Shown piece after piece: positions 63,895 to 64,000 of a stretch of 64,000 nt of DNA. The position numbers and the translations under genes were made by a program. The notes beneath the pieces were generated by a model. That model ran no database searches, had not been told where the DNA came from, and saw nothing but the letters and a program-made list of their open reading frames with translations. The first letter of the stretch is position 1, and the number at the start of each line of letters is the position of its first letter. The stretch comes from an uncultured bacterium. GTDB lineage: Bacteria; Patescibacteriota; Saccharimonadia; UBA4664. The stretch is taken from NCBI GenBank assembly GCA_963720265.1, contig CAVRET010000001.1, positions 133,916 to 197,915 of the forward strand. Reading direction: 5' to 3'.

Positions 63895-64000
63895 AAAGGC
63901 GGTGCCGGGATCGAGTGAGTAGCCGGCACCGGGCCGGCCTTGGTGTTTAGCCGGCAGTATTTGGTAGCGGGCTTTTGATGTGCCAGGCAGAGCGTGAGCG

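Noticed and set aside
1-64000. CRISPR arrays and rRNA
   Set aside because: No regularly spaced direct repeats or rRNA-like conserved stretches were seen. Only a short 12-bp tandem at 28851 and a 14-bp duplicate at about 62389 and 62535.

Overview
This 64 kb window comes from a moderately high-GC bacterium. Genes are densely packed and often translationally coupled, with 4-bp ATGA or GTGA overlaps. The cell-envelope gene set is Gram-positive- or CPR-like (for example Saccharibacteria): sortase, two Rpf-like LysM muralytic proteins, TagA/WecG, MreB, MurD, RlpA-like and a PBP5-type carboxypeptidase. No outer-membrane markers were seen. The lineage call is inference only.

Positions 1-35 kb are mostly housekeeping: pth-der, rsuA-like, corA, tRNA-Glu(CUC), cmk, murD, gltX, def, mreB and tRNA-Leu(CAA). 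Interspersed are three sensor histidine kinases, two of them paired with stand-alone single-domain receiver proteins.

Two near-identical 598-bp IS200/IS605-type elements (Y1 transposase TnpA) sit in direct orientation exactly 24,003 bp apart. The first abuts a frameshifted quinone-oxidoreductase pseudogene. A complete IS4-family element with 18-19 bp terminal inverted repeats and a 9-bp target-site duplication lies at 41.87-43.03 kb.

Positions 40-64 kb look accessory. They hold many small hypothetical and membrane proteins, a DHA2-type MFS transporter, a SemiSWEET transporter and a large secreted glycoside hydrolase, plus an AdoMetDC-like protein with an unusual processing site and a RecD-like helicase. 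A tightly overlapped operon (59.8-62.3 kb) carries FNR-like, OPRT-like, unknown and beta-carbonic-anhydrase-like genes; it sits next to a VirD4/HerA-like P-loop ATPase.

No CRISPR array or rRNA was found. The most notable candidate novelties are:
- a PP-loop ATPase translationally coupled to murD, a possible MurL-like alternate D-Glu route;
- a strongly signalled 28-codon poly-arginine mini-ORF;
- the 59.8-63.9 kb operon of unexplained composition;
- a 1018-aa histidine kinase with an Ig-like ectodomain, Ser/Gly stalk and dCache-like domain.
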